From Azolla caroliniana (lineage: Eukaryota > Plantae > Polypodiophyta): 64,000 bases of DNA. Positions 43,701 to 55,168 of this stretch are shown in pieces; positions within the stretch are counted from its first letter, which is position 1, and every line of letters starts with the position of its first letter. Position numbers and translations under genes: made by a program. The stretch covers positions 1,116,001 through 1,180,000 of the forward strand of contig JBHGNT010000018.1 in the NCBI GenBank assembly GCA_043228905.1. Reading direction: 5' to 3'. Under the pieces are notes generated by a model. That model ran no database searches. It saw only the letters and a program-made list of their open reading frames with translations, and was not told the origin of the DNA.

Positions 43701-46270
43701 CATTATGGTCCGGTTCATCCTCTCGGCCAGCCCGTTCAGTTCCGGCGTCTTCGGCACAGTAAACTCGAGCCGGATTCCCTTCGAGCGACAGTACTCCTCG
43801 AACTGCCCCCGGTATTCCCCTCCGTTATCCGCTCGTATCGCTTTCAGCTTCTTGCCGGATTCCCTTTCCACTCTCGCGTGGAGTTCTTTGAAGACGCACA
43901 ACACTTGGTCCTTTGTCTTCAACGGTGCCGACCACAACTTCCGGCTGTGGTCATCAATGAATGTCACGAAGTACTGGGCTCCGCCATGTGACTTCGTTTC
44001 TACTTGACACACGTCAGTGTGCACCAACTCCAATGGTGCGCTACGTCTCGTCGGTGGCCTTGAGTGGAAGGAGGTTCGGTTCTGCTTACCGGCCAGGCAA
44101 TCGGTGCACTTCTCCAGGTGCACGTGCTTCACTGGAATAAGGTTGTCTTCTACAAGCCTCTTCATCCCCTTCTCACTCATGTGGCACAGTCTCTTGTGCC
44201 ACAGCTCACCGGCAGTGTCGGCTGCCACGTTCAACTCCTCCGGACACAACCAGGCATTCATAAGGTACAGTGTGTTGACTTTCCGGGCCCGAGCCACTAT
44301 CAGGCTCCCCTTGCTGAACTTCATTACGCAGTTCCGGATGCTACCTGTGTAGCCTTCATCGTCTAGCCTCCCGGCCGAAATCAGGTTGAATCGAACCTCC
44401 GGAACGTGTCGGACATCCTTCAGCAACATTTTGCATCCGGTCGAGGTTGTCAACCACACGTCTCCTATGCCGGCAATCCGGCACGTACCTTCATTTCCCA
44501 TCCGAACACAGCCATGCTCACCGGCTGTGTAGGATGAGAAGTATCTTCTTTCCGGGGTCAGGTGGAACGACGCTCCGGAATCGACCACCCAGGTAGTCTC
44601 ATCGCCGGCAATGTTTAGTTCACCTTCTTCGGTGATGAGCATGATCTCCTCTTCACTTGCCGCGAGTGCCGTCGTTCCTTTCCGGTCCTGCCCTCGCCGA
44701 TCCGAACCATTCCGGTCCGTGGCTCCCCGGTAAGCACCGTTCCGTTCCGAAGACTTCTTCGAATCGGTGTCGTCGGCTCTGTTGTCTTTTCGGTAGTGCC
44801 GACAATTCTTTCGGAAGTGCCCCGGCTTCCCACAGTGGAAGCATGTGGGCCTTCCTCTTGACTGCGACCGGGTCCCCGACTTCTCCCGTCTTTGTGGACT
44901 CCGGTTCCGTTGTCTTCCCCGATCCAATTCGGCAAGCAACATCTTCGGATCGGAGGCCGGTTCTTTATCTCTCCGACGCGCTTCTTCGTTCAAAATGCTT
45001 GTCTTTACCGTTTGTAGGGACAAGTTATCTTCAGTGCAGGAGGTGCTGAGAGTCACCACCAAGTTCTCCCAGCTTGCCGGCAATGTACACATCAGGATGA
45101 TGGCTTGCATTGCATCCTCCAACGGGAACTTGATCGCCGCAAGCTGGTTCACGAGTCCCATGAACGTGCTTACGTGTTCCACCATACTCTCGCCATCCCG
45201 GTACTTGAGGTTCACTATCTTCCTCATCAGGGAGGTCCGGTTCAACGCATTCTTCCTCTCGTAGAGGCCCGACAGCTTCCGCCACATCTCATATGCGTTG
45301 GTGTCGTTCGCCACATGTTGTAGAACGCTCATGTCGACGTATTGCCGAATGGTTGCAACGGCTTTCCGGTTCAGAAGCCTCCATTCCGTCTCAAGTACCC
45401 CCTTGGGTATTTCCGACCTGTCGATCGGTTCATACAGGTCCCGAACAATGAGGAGATCCTCCATCTTTATCTTCCAGTCGGCGTAGTTCTGCGCATTCAG
45501 CACCATCATCCCCGGCTGCCCGCTGCTGTCGCCTTCCATTTTCTGCACTGCAGTCGCTCTGATACCAGATTGTTAGGAAATTGACGCTTTCAAAACCTTC
45601 ACCTCTCGGCCACAACCGAGGAAACACGAATCAATGCAGACACAGAGAGAGACTCCGAATGCACAGGGTTTAGCGTGGAAAAACCCTAGACGGGAAAAAA
45701 CCACGGGAGTGCAAGACTCCAACTATCACTATAAGCAGGGAATGTACAATAGCGAGCTGCAAGGCGACGACCTTGAGCTCGCTGTCCTCGCCACAGGCGG
45801 CGGTATTACACAGAGGCGTCGACCTCTTCCTTTCTCTCTCTCTCTCACTCTCTCTCTCTCGGCTGCTCTCACTTCGCTCCCTCTAAGTGGAAAACAGAAA
45901 AAATGAGCAACAACACCAAAATTGTTTTGCCCTAAGTCATATTTATACACATATGACTTTCGGGCTATTTACAAATATAGCCTCAAGGGCCCTTGCCAAA
46001 CATATTCACAAATATGTCCCCGCATCCGGATCTCTCTCCGGGTACATTCGTCATCCGGCTCCGTAGCCGGGGTCTTCGTCATCTGGCTCCGTAGCCGGGG
46101 TCTTCGTCATCCGGCTCTGTAGCCGGGGTCTTCATCATCCGGCTCCGTAGCCGGGGTCTTCATCATCCGGATCCAGAACCGGGTCTTCCTCATTCGGCTC
46201 CTGAACCGGGTCTTCATTCCCGATTCCCGGACATCCGACCATCCCATCCGGAGGGACCGTAATCCCAACA
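40744..46270 (-). mobile_element. Ty1/copia element M (D family), full length
   Basis: 700-bp LTRs 40744-41443 and 45571-46270; TSD CGAAC; iMet PBS 45556-45567; PPT after 41443. Confidence 0.96.
41454..45539 (-). pseudogene. gag-pol: Copia gag-pol of M with a single nonsense codon at ~43575
   Basis: ORFs 43575..45548 and 41454..43571 in the same frame, highly similar to D; 12-nt in-frame duplication KLSSKLSS. Confidence 0.92.
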
Positions 46271-46275
46271 CGAAC

Positions 46276-49160
46276 TTCCGTAATCGAGCTACAGTCGGTC
46301 TTCATCGCGGAGATGGCTTCTACTTTTGCCGGAGACGGCTTCCGACCATATGGTCCACATAGGTGTCCGACCACCAAGATTTCTGATTGCCCGAAGGCTG
46401 ATTTCTCCTTGGAGAAGGTGAGCCTCGCATCCTCTAGCCTTTGTAGCACCTTCTCGCAGTTGTCGATGTGTGTTGCCACGAATCGCCGGCATCCACCGGC
46501 CCGACTGTCTCGTCCTTCTCTTCCACCGGGCACCCCTTTATCGGGATGTCGTCCAGAAATGGCATGGTGATGTCTGGGATGCAATCCCTCAGTACCTTGT
46601 TCATTGCATTCACCATGTGGGCCACCGAGTTGGTCCCTCCTTGTGGCAGGGTACACATTCGCACTAGGCCGAGGGGAGTTCGCATTGTCGTAATGTCCCT
46701 GCTCTCCACGGCTAGCTGGAACTGGTCGTACCCCGAGTACAGATCACCGACCGAGTAAATCGACCTTCCGGCGAAGGCCTCCGCGAACTCGTCTATGGTC
46801 GGTCCGATTCTTGCGTTCCGAATGGTCACTCTGTTGACCGGCTGCAGGTCTTGAATGAAGCGCAATGTTCCGTTTTTCTTTGGTACGGTAAACCATCGGT
46901 TTGAGTATGGGGCACTTGACGGTTCGAGAATGCCCATATCGACTTTCTGCCTCAATAGCTCCATCAATTTCGGGATGTGAGCTCTCGGTACTGGAATCGG
47001 CTTGAGATTCCACGGCACATGCGGTACCGTGAATATCACCATCGGCTCCACGATCATCGGGTCTATGCACCCGATCTCTTCCGGCGAGAATGCGAAGGCT
47101 TTCCCGTGCCTTCCGAGCATTCTTCGAAACCGGTCTTCCTCCGCCGGCAGTAGGAACCCGCCCCCACCGATCTTGAGCTCCCGGAGCGTCCCGTCGGTGA
47201 AGGTGTGTCCTATACAGGCCGGATCTCGTAAACTGGGGTCCGACGCAACCCCTCTGATTCGGGACTCGCTGCCCTCCGGTGAGGGTGCCGCGACTGGCCT
47301 TACCTTCCGGTCCACAGTCTTGTACTTCGTGCTAACTCGGGCCGTCCGATCCGACCCGAGCCCCTGATTGAAGTTCTCGATGACTTCGTACATCTCTTCG
47401 GAACATACCGGTTCCTGAACATCTCCGATCTTTACCGGGGTCTCCGTGGTTGCTCGGGCCCAGTGTGGCCTCGAATAGTGGCTCTCCGCCCACTCATCCT
47501 CCAGCGCCAAGTCGTCAATGTGCGTCGTCCGCACCTCCACCAGTCTTTCCGGTTCTGTCTCCGTCGACAGCCTCTTCTGCTTTACCAAGTCCACAATGGA
47601 GTCGTGGAACTCCTTCTTGGCGATCCCTAGCACCTCCCGCAATGACAGCTCCACTTTGCTGTCGAGGACCCGTTCTTCTAGGACCTTTCGTAGGTCCGTG
47701 GTCCTTTCTATTTCCGTCCCTAGTTGGTATCCGCCCTTCCTGGGGTTATCTTGCGCGCTGGACCCACCGGCTTCGTTCCGTCGTTGTCCGAATCGGGTCT
47801 CGTACCGTTGTGAGGGCCCGGCCGCTCTGGCCTTCCCCACTCGTTTGTCTTCTACCAGAGCCTCGTAGTTCCGGTAGGCGGCTTCTACGAAGCCCGTCTT
47901 CTCCTCGACCGGATCGCTCCACCCGGTTATTTCCCGGACCCGTCTCTCAACGCGGTCCGTTTCATCTTTCCTCAGTCGTGCGCCGGCGAGGCCTTCCAGC
48001 ATTGCTGACCAGAATCCGTCTTTGCTCTCCTGTCGGGCCTCGCTGCCCCCGACCCGAATATTGGCCGACGCCGAGTAGTGGATGGCCTCCACGTGTCGGG
48101 CCGTTGCCTCTTCCATCAGTCTCTTCATACCTCCTCGCCCGTCGTTTCGGTGTAGGGCCCTTCTGGTGTCGCCGGCATGCACCCGGCCTTCCCATAGGTA
48201 CACCACCCGATTCCTCAACGCTTCTGCGAAATCGCCGCAGTCCTTCCGGATGTGGCCGATCTCGTCGCACCACATGCACCTGTTCCCTGCTACCGGCCGA
48301 CGGTCACGAGCCGGTTCGCCGCTTTCCCTTCGAGTCTGGGCGATCTGGAGATCCTTTATCGCCCGCATCAACTCCTCCAGCGTTGCTCCTCCGGATGAGC
48401 CATTGACCACGCCCGTCGAAGCCGAACCGGTCTCGAGCCACTCCCGGGCCTCTTCCCTTCGCCCTTGCAGTGCCGGTTCAAGCCTCCTTGCTCTGACAGA
48501 GCCCGCTCCGGTCGCCCCGTTGTCAGCCCATTCTCGCCGTTTGTCGAAACGGCCACATACTCTCTTAACCGCTGCCTAGTCGGTGATCAGCCCGTCTTCG
48601 GTTTCCAGCAAGGAGCCGACTCGATCCCTGTCCCGCTCGTCCACCAACTTGACGAACAGTAGGACCCGGCTCGTATCCAGGACGGTTCGGTCAAGCGCCG
48701 AAAGGCGCGCAAAGCGTTCCTCAAACTCCCGGAGGAGTGCCGACGCGTTTCTTCCCTTGCCGGGGGACTCCACCCATTCCATGAAGTCCTGTTACGAAAG
48801 CCGGAGCGCGTCGTCCAGCCCGTATTTTTCTAGGAGTCGGCCTTCAAACTCCTCCCAGGTACGGCTCTCTGCCCGTACCTCGAGCACCTCCGCATGGATG
48901 CTCAGCATCGCCACTCGAGGGAACCCGACAAGACGCCTCTCTTCCGGAATGTCCCGCATCAGCATTTCCGCCCCGTAGGACGCCAAATACTTCGTGGCAT
49001 CCTTTGCGCTGAACCGGCCGATCGTACCGACGACCACCTCAATGGATCTGTCGAGGGCGCCGGAGCCCTCGCGTGCGCTCAATATCCGATCCACGGCCGA
49101 AGCCATGGCCTCTGCAAGATCCGACCCCTTCATCTTCTGCTCTTCTGCCGCCTCCTTCAC
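46276..49160 (-). pseudogene. gag and RT of J, fused in frame by deletion of protease core and frameshift cassette
   Basis: ORF 46434..48410 reads ...GDVQEPV|CSEEMYEV...; ACCGGT microhomology at ~47407-47412. Confidence 0.87.
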
Positions 49161-49829
49161 GTCGGGTTCACCAAAGATGTCGAGGTATTCCTCGCGGATG
49201 CGTGGAACGAGGCGGGACCTCGGGGGTCTTGTACCGAAGAGCAAAAGAGAAAAGGAGAGAGGAAGAGACCCACAAGGTGCGAACGTAGATTCACAGGGAC
49301 ACGGCCCTTCGACACAGAGACGCGAGTGCGACAGCGACACAAAGAGACACGAATGTATCTAAAATTATATAAACAAGACAAACAACAAGAAGCACGAAGT
49401 TGGTTACAACCGAACAGGCCGGCGAGTAGATGCCGATGCCTGTTCGTAAACGCACAGAAAGGAAAGAGTAGGTTGGAGGTGCTGCCGGAAGCACTCGGGC
49501 CTTCCTCAGAGCAGCGCGAGCCTCCCGAAACCTGCACAGCAAGAAGCTACGGAGTTTGCGAGCCAGAGAGAGAGAGAGCGAGAGAGAGAGAAGCCTTCCG
49601 CCCACAGACCGACAGCACTTCGTCCTCGACTTTCCGCGATCCTTCGCCCCTCCTCGTCTCCCTCCTTTTATAGGCAAGGAAGGAGCCGTTTCCCCTTTTA
49701 CTTCCTACCTACCGAATCTACCTGCCTAGGATCTCCTATGTACAACATAAGGCGCACGTGCATGAAGAGCCGGTTCCTACGCTCCGGTGCACCGATTCCG
49801 CTTGTGGACGGTTTTCTTCACGACACCGT

Positions 49830-50359
49830 GCAACTCCTTCATGGCGCGTGTTGCCGTGCGTATCTTCCACCCGTGCTTGGTGTTGATCGACCACTTCCCT
49901 TTTTTATAGAAGTCCATAAACATTAGGTTGATCTCGGATATGTGGTCGATCAGTGCCACTACCGGCTCCTAGACGTCCCCGACCCGAACAAGGGTTTTCG
50001 TAGTAGCCCTTGCCCAGTGCAACTTTGAATAGTGGCTCTTTGCCAACTCATCTTCCAGGACCGCATCCTCTAGGTGCGTCGTTCACACCTCCACCGGTTT
50101 CTTCGACTCCGGCTCCGTCGAGAGCCGTTTACGCTTCACCAAGTCCACGATGGAATCGTGGAACTCCTTGGCGATCCCAAGCACCTCCCTCAGTGACAAC
50201 CCCACCTTGATGTCGAGAATCCGCTCCTCAAGGACCTTCCGTAGGTCCATCGTCCTCTCTATCTCCGTGCTCGGCCGGTAACCAGGCCGCTTCGTTCTAT
50301 CTGGTGCACCGGGGTTACCGGCATCATTTTGCTTCGGCCCGATCCGAGTCTCATACCGT
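49830..50359 (-). pseudogene. gag-PR fragment of gypsy I
   Basis: MALIDHISEINLM...; cut at right by K. Confidence 0.8.
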
Positions 50360-53300
50360 TGTCGTGAAGATTTTCGTCTATAGGCAGAAATCGGGGTGGA
50401 AAGGGCAAGTCGGTGGTGTGCAACATGTGCACACGTATACTAGGAAATGGTGTATAGAAATAAGAGGGGAAATTTTATCCCACATTGTAAGGTCCTTCCC
50501 TCCTTGGGCTATAAAAGGAAGGGATGGGTCACTTATGAAGGGTTGCCTATTTTGCGTATGAAAGGTATACCACTTAGTCTAGAGTTCTTACCATTTAGGG
50601 TTAGGGTTTCATTTAGGGTTTTCTCATAGTCGTTTGGTGCGGCCCATGCGGCCACCATTGTTGTATTCATTCGTTTGTTTTAATATATCTTGTTGAGTAT
50701 CTTACCTCCGCCGATCTCTCCTTCTATGTCGTGCTCTTATTCTTTCTTCTTCTCCTCTTGAGCTAAGCTTCCAAACATATCTTATTCTATCTCCTCTACT
50801 CCCTAGTCCAAGACCCACGTGGTCCCGCCCTTCGACACGCGCGCGCGTAACAACGCGACATCTTTGGTGAACCCGACGTGAAGGGCGGCAAGGGAGCATG
50901 GAGATGGAAGAAGACTTCGACTTTGAGGAGATGATGGTAAAGATTGTGATGGAAGCTGGACGGAAGATGGCGAAGCGAGATGCGGCTCAACAAGCCGTCG
51001 AAAGGGTGGTTGATCGAGTCGGCCGGTTCAATGGGAATGAAGTCCCAAAATTTTTGGGAGCCTACAAGGCCGGGATGGCGAAAGGGGGCGTGGATGAGGT
51101 GATGCGGCTAGAGTATTTTCGTCGAGTGGCGGCCGTATTAGTGTACAAAGAGGTCAAGGAGCTTCAAGAAGCTCATGAGTCGTGGGAGTCCTTTGAGGGA
51201 GCTCTATTGGACGCATACGGATACGCGACACCAGAGTGGGTATGTCGACAACCCGATGGGGAGCGGTCGGCAACAACGTGGGCCATGAGCGGCGGAGAAG
51301 AGAGGGCGGTGAGCAGCTACGCACTACTGTTGGAAGAGAGCTCGACGCGTGATCAACCGGAGGAGTACGACCTAGAGGCGTTGGTATGGGAGGCGTGCGA
51401 GAGCATGAAGGTGAAGTTCGAAGCTAAAAAAGGGCTTATTATGGAGTCGGGCCGGAGACGATCCGAGGATGCAGAGGAAGAAGCCTCCCTATGCGTGGAC
51501 GATGGGGCCCATACGGAGGCCGGAAGAGTGTGCAACGACGACGACATGGGAGAGGGTGCGGAGCAAGTGACCCTCTTGCCTTGCGGTGAAGGGACGGCCA
51601 TGGAGGCCGGTAACTACGGATTCGAGACATGGCGGCCCGAAACATCGAGTGGGGAGGAGACAAGCGGAGGTGCCACGACCTTACACACACCAGTCCTAGA
51701 GGCTCCGGCGGTCGGCCCAAGTGCCGGCGTGAGACCTAGAGTGACAGGCGGCGGCGGCGGCGGCGGCAAGCAACCGAGACAACGACATGGAAGAGACGGA
51801 AGCAAGTGTAATCGACGCTTGCGCGATCGGAGGCGGGGTAGCCGCGGATAACGACGACCAGACGGAGGCGGCTACGGACACAACGAGTGGTGGTGCCAGG
51901 TCCTTACCCACACCGGTCCTTGAGGCTCCGACGGCCGACCCGAGTGCCAGCGTGAGTCCTAGAGCGACGGGTGGTGGCGGCGGCAAGGCGGGCAACCGAG
52001 ACGACGATGAGGACAAGGAGGTAGCAAGCATAACTGAGGCTTGCGTAACCGGGGACGAGATAGCCACAGACCACGACGTCTGAACGAAGGTGGCTACAAA
52101 CATGACATCGGCGAGTGATGGTACCGAGACTTTTCCCACACCTATTCTAGAGAATTCGGTGGTCGGCCCCGAGAGCCCACGTGAGACCGGAGAGACGGAA
52201 GGTGGCGGTGGCAAAGCGGACGACCGAAACGACGATGAGGAAGGTCATAGCGGACGGAGGAAAGACCCCTCGACACCGAGACCGGAGACTACGGCGGTTG
52301 CGCTCGAATGCCAACATAAGACCGGAGAGAAGGGCGGTGGTCGTGAGGAGGCGTGGCCCGGAGTGAACACGTACGAAGATGAGGATGCGAGGCCCGGAAC
52401 GGGCATATACAAGAGGACCGACGGAGAGGTCGGAAGCGGCAAGGAGGAGAGAGTCGGGAACCGACCCGACTGGAAGATGAACCGGTCGATAAGCCGACAC
52501 GACCAGAAGACGACGCAGGAGAAGATTGGAGTGGGGTCCGGTCAACCGAGCCCGAACCGAAGAAGAGCCGGCAACGCCGGATTTGTTCGGACAAATATGT
52601 ACCGACCGGTTACGATTATGGAAGGGAGCTGACCAAACCGGAACTCGATCGGCCAAGACCGATCCGGGAGAAGGCTAAGTCGGCATGATTGGAGGTCGAG
52701 GCGAACGAGCCACAACACCCGGTGGGAGCCGGCGAGCGCGAGAAGGAGGCCAAGCATGCACGAGGAGTACGACTCGGTGGGAGGCCAAGAGCGAGAGGAG
52801 ACCTCCACATCTATCCTTGAGACTTTGACGGTTGCAGATCGACGTAAGACCTAAGAGACGGCGAGTGGCGGCGACGAGTCGGAAGTCGCAACTGACGAGG
52901 ATACCGGAACGGGTATCCGATACGGGATGACGAATGAGCGGGCCCAAGACGATAAGCCGGGGTCGAAAGGGGTTACAGCAACGAAGGGAGAAGAATCCGA
53001 CGCGGAGGTCGGGACTATGGCGGGAGAAGCGTGTAACACGAAGCATGCATTGCGGCGTAAAACGGAGCGTGCACTACGGCCGGCGAAGGGCCAAGAAGCA
53101 AGCATGCACCCGGAAGAGCGGCAACGAGTGACCGGCAACGGCGGACCAGTCGAGCCTTTGAGAGGCAAGCATGCGGCAAGAGACAGAGCGGTGAGTTGCC
53201 AGGATCGGCGGATGAACGATGAGAGCGGAGGATGGTGCGTGGAGAGCAAAGAACTACGCACCGGGGAGAGAAAAAGCGGCGTCCCGGAGGACATGTGGGG

Positions 53301-54028
53301 CCAAGCGGGCCAAGAGGATGCGAGTCGGGATGAAGTGGTAACGAGAGCCGCGAAGAACCCCAACACGAAGGTCAGGATGACGATACGCTCTACTATGAGA
53401 GAGAAGGGAGGAAGGGAGAATCGAGGTGCGTGTAATGGGGTCACCTAAGGACCAAAGAATGAGCGTGCATTCGGAGGAGCCGCAACGAGTGACCGATGAT
53501 GACGGTCGGAGGAAGCCTTCGAGAGGCAAGCGTGGGACGACAGATGGCGCGACAAGATGCCAAGATCGACGGAACGAGATGAGCGCGATCGGCATGAACG
53601 AAGGATTGTGTCCGGGAAAACGGAGGAGATGTGTGGAGAACGGGGTACACACCGGGAAGAGAAGACGCGGCAGCGGCTTCCAGCAAAGAGGGCGCAAGTC
53701 GAGGCGAGGTGGTAACGAGAGCCTCGAGGGACACTGACACGAAGGTCGGGATGACGGTACGCTCTACGGCGAGAGAGCACGGCGGGCAACGGAGAAGCAA
53801 GGAACGCGGAATGAGCGCATATTCGGGGGACAACATCGGCGTACGGGAAGAGCCTACAGAAGGCAAGCGCGGAGCGGGAGGAGTCGACACACCGAGGTGT
53901 TCGGCATGCGGAGACGATAAAACCAAAGGAGCGGCACGCAAAGGTCGGAAACCGGAGTGCGATCGTAGAGATCCGGAGCGCACCCGGAGGACATACGAGG
54001 CAGACCAAGAGACCAAGCCAAGATTCGG
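50360..54028 (+). mobile_element. Element K: Trp-primed LTR element with truncated gag and long low-complexity internal region, no pol or 3' LTR seen
   Basis: LTR 50360-50860 (TGTCG...CGACA), TCTT, PBS 50865-50882; left flank CCGT. Confidence 0.8.
50898..51851 (+). CDS. Gag N-terminal homolog fused to acidic low-complexity tail
   Basis: AVERVVDRVGRFNG...SWESFEGALLDAYG aligns with B gag AIEAVVGTIGRFDG...TWEEFEGRLLEKYG. Confidence 0.65.
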   Translation: MEMEEDFDFEEMMVKIVMEAGRKMAKRDAAQQAVERVVDRVGRFNGNEVPKFLGAYKAGMAKGGVDEVMRLEYFRRVAAVLVYKEVKELQEAHESWESFEGALLDAYGYATPEWVCRQPDGERSATTWAMSGGEERAVSSYALLLEESSTRDQPEEYDLEALVWEACESMKVKFEAKKGLIMESGRRRSEDAEEEASLCVDDGAHTEAGRVCNDDDMGEGAEQVTLLPCGEGTAMEAGNYGFETWRPETSSGEETSGGATTLHTPVLEAPAVGPSAGVRPRVTGGGGGGGKQPRQRHGRDGSKCNRRLRDRRRGSRG

Positions 54029-54156
54029 ATGCTGAAGACAACTTTGAACATGACCTTCTCAATGAAAGACTTGGGTCTGGCAAGATAGATATTGGGAATG
54101 CACATAATCCGAGACTGGTCGAAGAAGCTGTTGTGGTTGTCACAAGAGAAGTACGT
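54029..54156 (+). pseudogene. Short copia RT fragment (D family)
   Basis: MLKTTLNMTFSMKDLG...LWLSQEKY. Confidence 0.75.
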
Positions 54157-54300
54157 TGTCGTGAAGATTTCCAGCTACGGTGAGAAAACCGGGAGGGACA
54201 AATAAAATTGGGATGTGCAACATTGCACATGCACTTGTAAATTTGTGTAATCAGAATAAGTAAACAAAATGTAACGAAAGGGTAATAATCTAAGGTGCTA
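54157..54300 (+). repeat. Truncated LTR start (L) of Trp-primed family; right end uncertain
   Basis: TGTCGTGAAGATTT like K LTR; left flank ACGT. Confidence 0.6.
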
Positions 54301-54519
54301 AAGGTGCACCACGAAGTTCTTAGAAGCATAAATGTGATGTGCACTTTGTAGAGTAGAATGAGTAGTGGGCATTAAGAGTGAATGTGATAGGAGAGAGAGA
54401 GTTAAGGCCCACCGATTTGACTCCCTCTTGTAATGAAAGGGGATTTGACTCCCTCTTGCGTAGTGTGCGCAATTTGCGGAATCCACGCGTTATTTCAGAA
54501 TGTCTTCAGTACTCCCCCT

Positions 54520-55163
54520 TGTTGGGAGATAGGTCCCTCCGGATGGTGCAGACCCAGTGAGAACTGGATGAGGAGTACCCGGCTACGGAGAGCCGGATGG
54601 TGCAGACCTGGTGAGAACCGGATGAGGAGTACTCGGCTACGGAGAGCCAAATGGTGCAGACCCGGTGAGAACCGGATGAGGAGTACCCGGCTACGGAGAG
54701 CCGGATGGTGAAGACCCGGTGAGGAGTGCTCACCGTATGAAGAGACATATTCGTAATTATGTTTCTGAGAGTCCATCGAGCCTATATTTGTAAATAGCCG
54801 AAAAGTCATATTAGTATAAATATGACTTAGGGCAAACTTTTATATGAGTCGTTGTTATTCTTGTTTGTACAAAGAGAGAGAGAGAGAGAAAGAGGTCGTT
54901 GCCTCTGTTGTAATTGCCGCTTGGGGCGAAGATCGTGAGCACGAGGTCGTTGCCTCCGTGAACTCACTGTTGTACATTCTAACATAGTGATAGTTTGCAG
55001 CCTGTGGGCTACCGTGGTTTTTCCCTTGGTTTGGGTTTTCCACGTAAACATCCTGTGTACTCTTCTCTTCTTCGTGTCGTGCATTCTTTCACCGTTTTCT
55101 GTGTATGATTCTAAGCTCGGATGTTGCCGAGCGTTGCGCATAGGGGACGTAGAGTTCCTGTCA
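54520..55163 (+). mobile_element. Solo LTR of E-like copia with three 54-bp tandem repeats
   Basis: TGTTGGGAGATAGG...CCTGTCA flanked by TSD CCCCT. Confidence 0.92.
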
Positions 55164-55168
55164 CCCCT

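Larger units (their letters stand above)
37923..49825 (-). mobile_element. Ty3/gypsy element J (A-like subfamily), degenerate, hosting mini-LTR and copia M
   Basis: 648-bp LTRs 37923-38570 and 49178-49825; TSD CCGT; PBS 49156-49173. Confidence 0.94.

Noticed and set aside
54157-54300. 3' LTR of element K
   Set aside because: Diverges from the K LTR after the terminus, lacks a PPT and interrupts a copia RT fragment, so it is a separate insertion.
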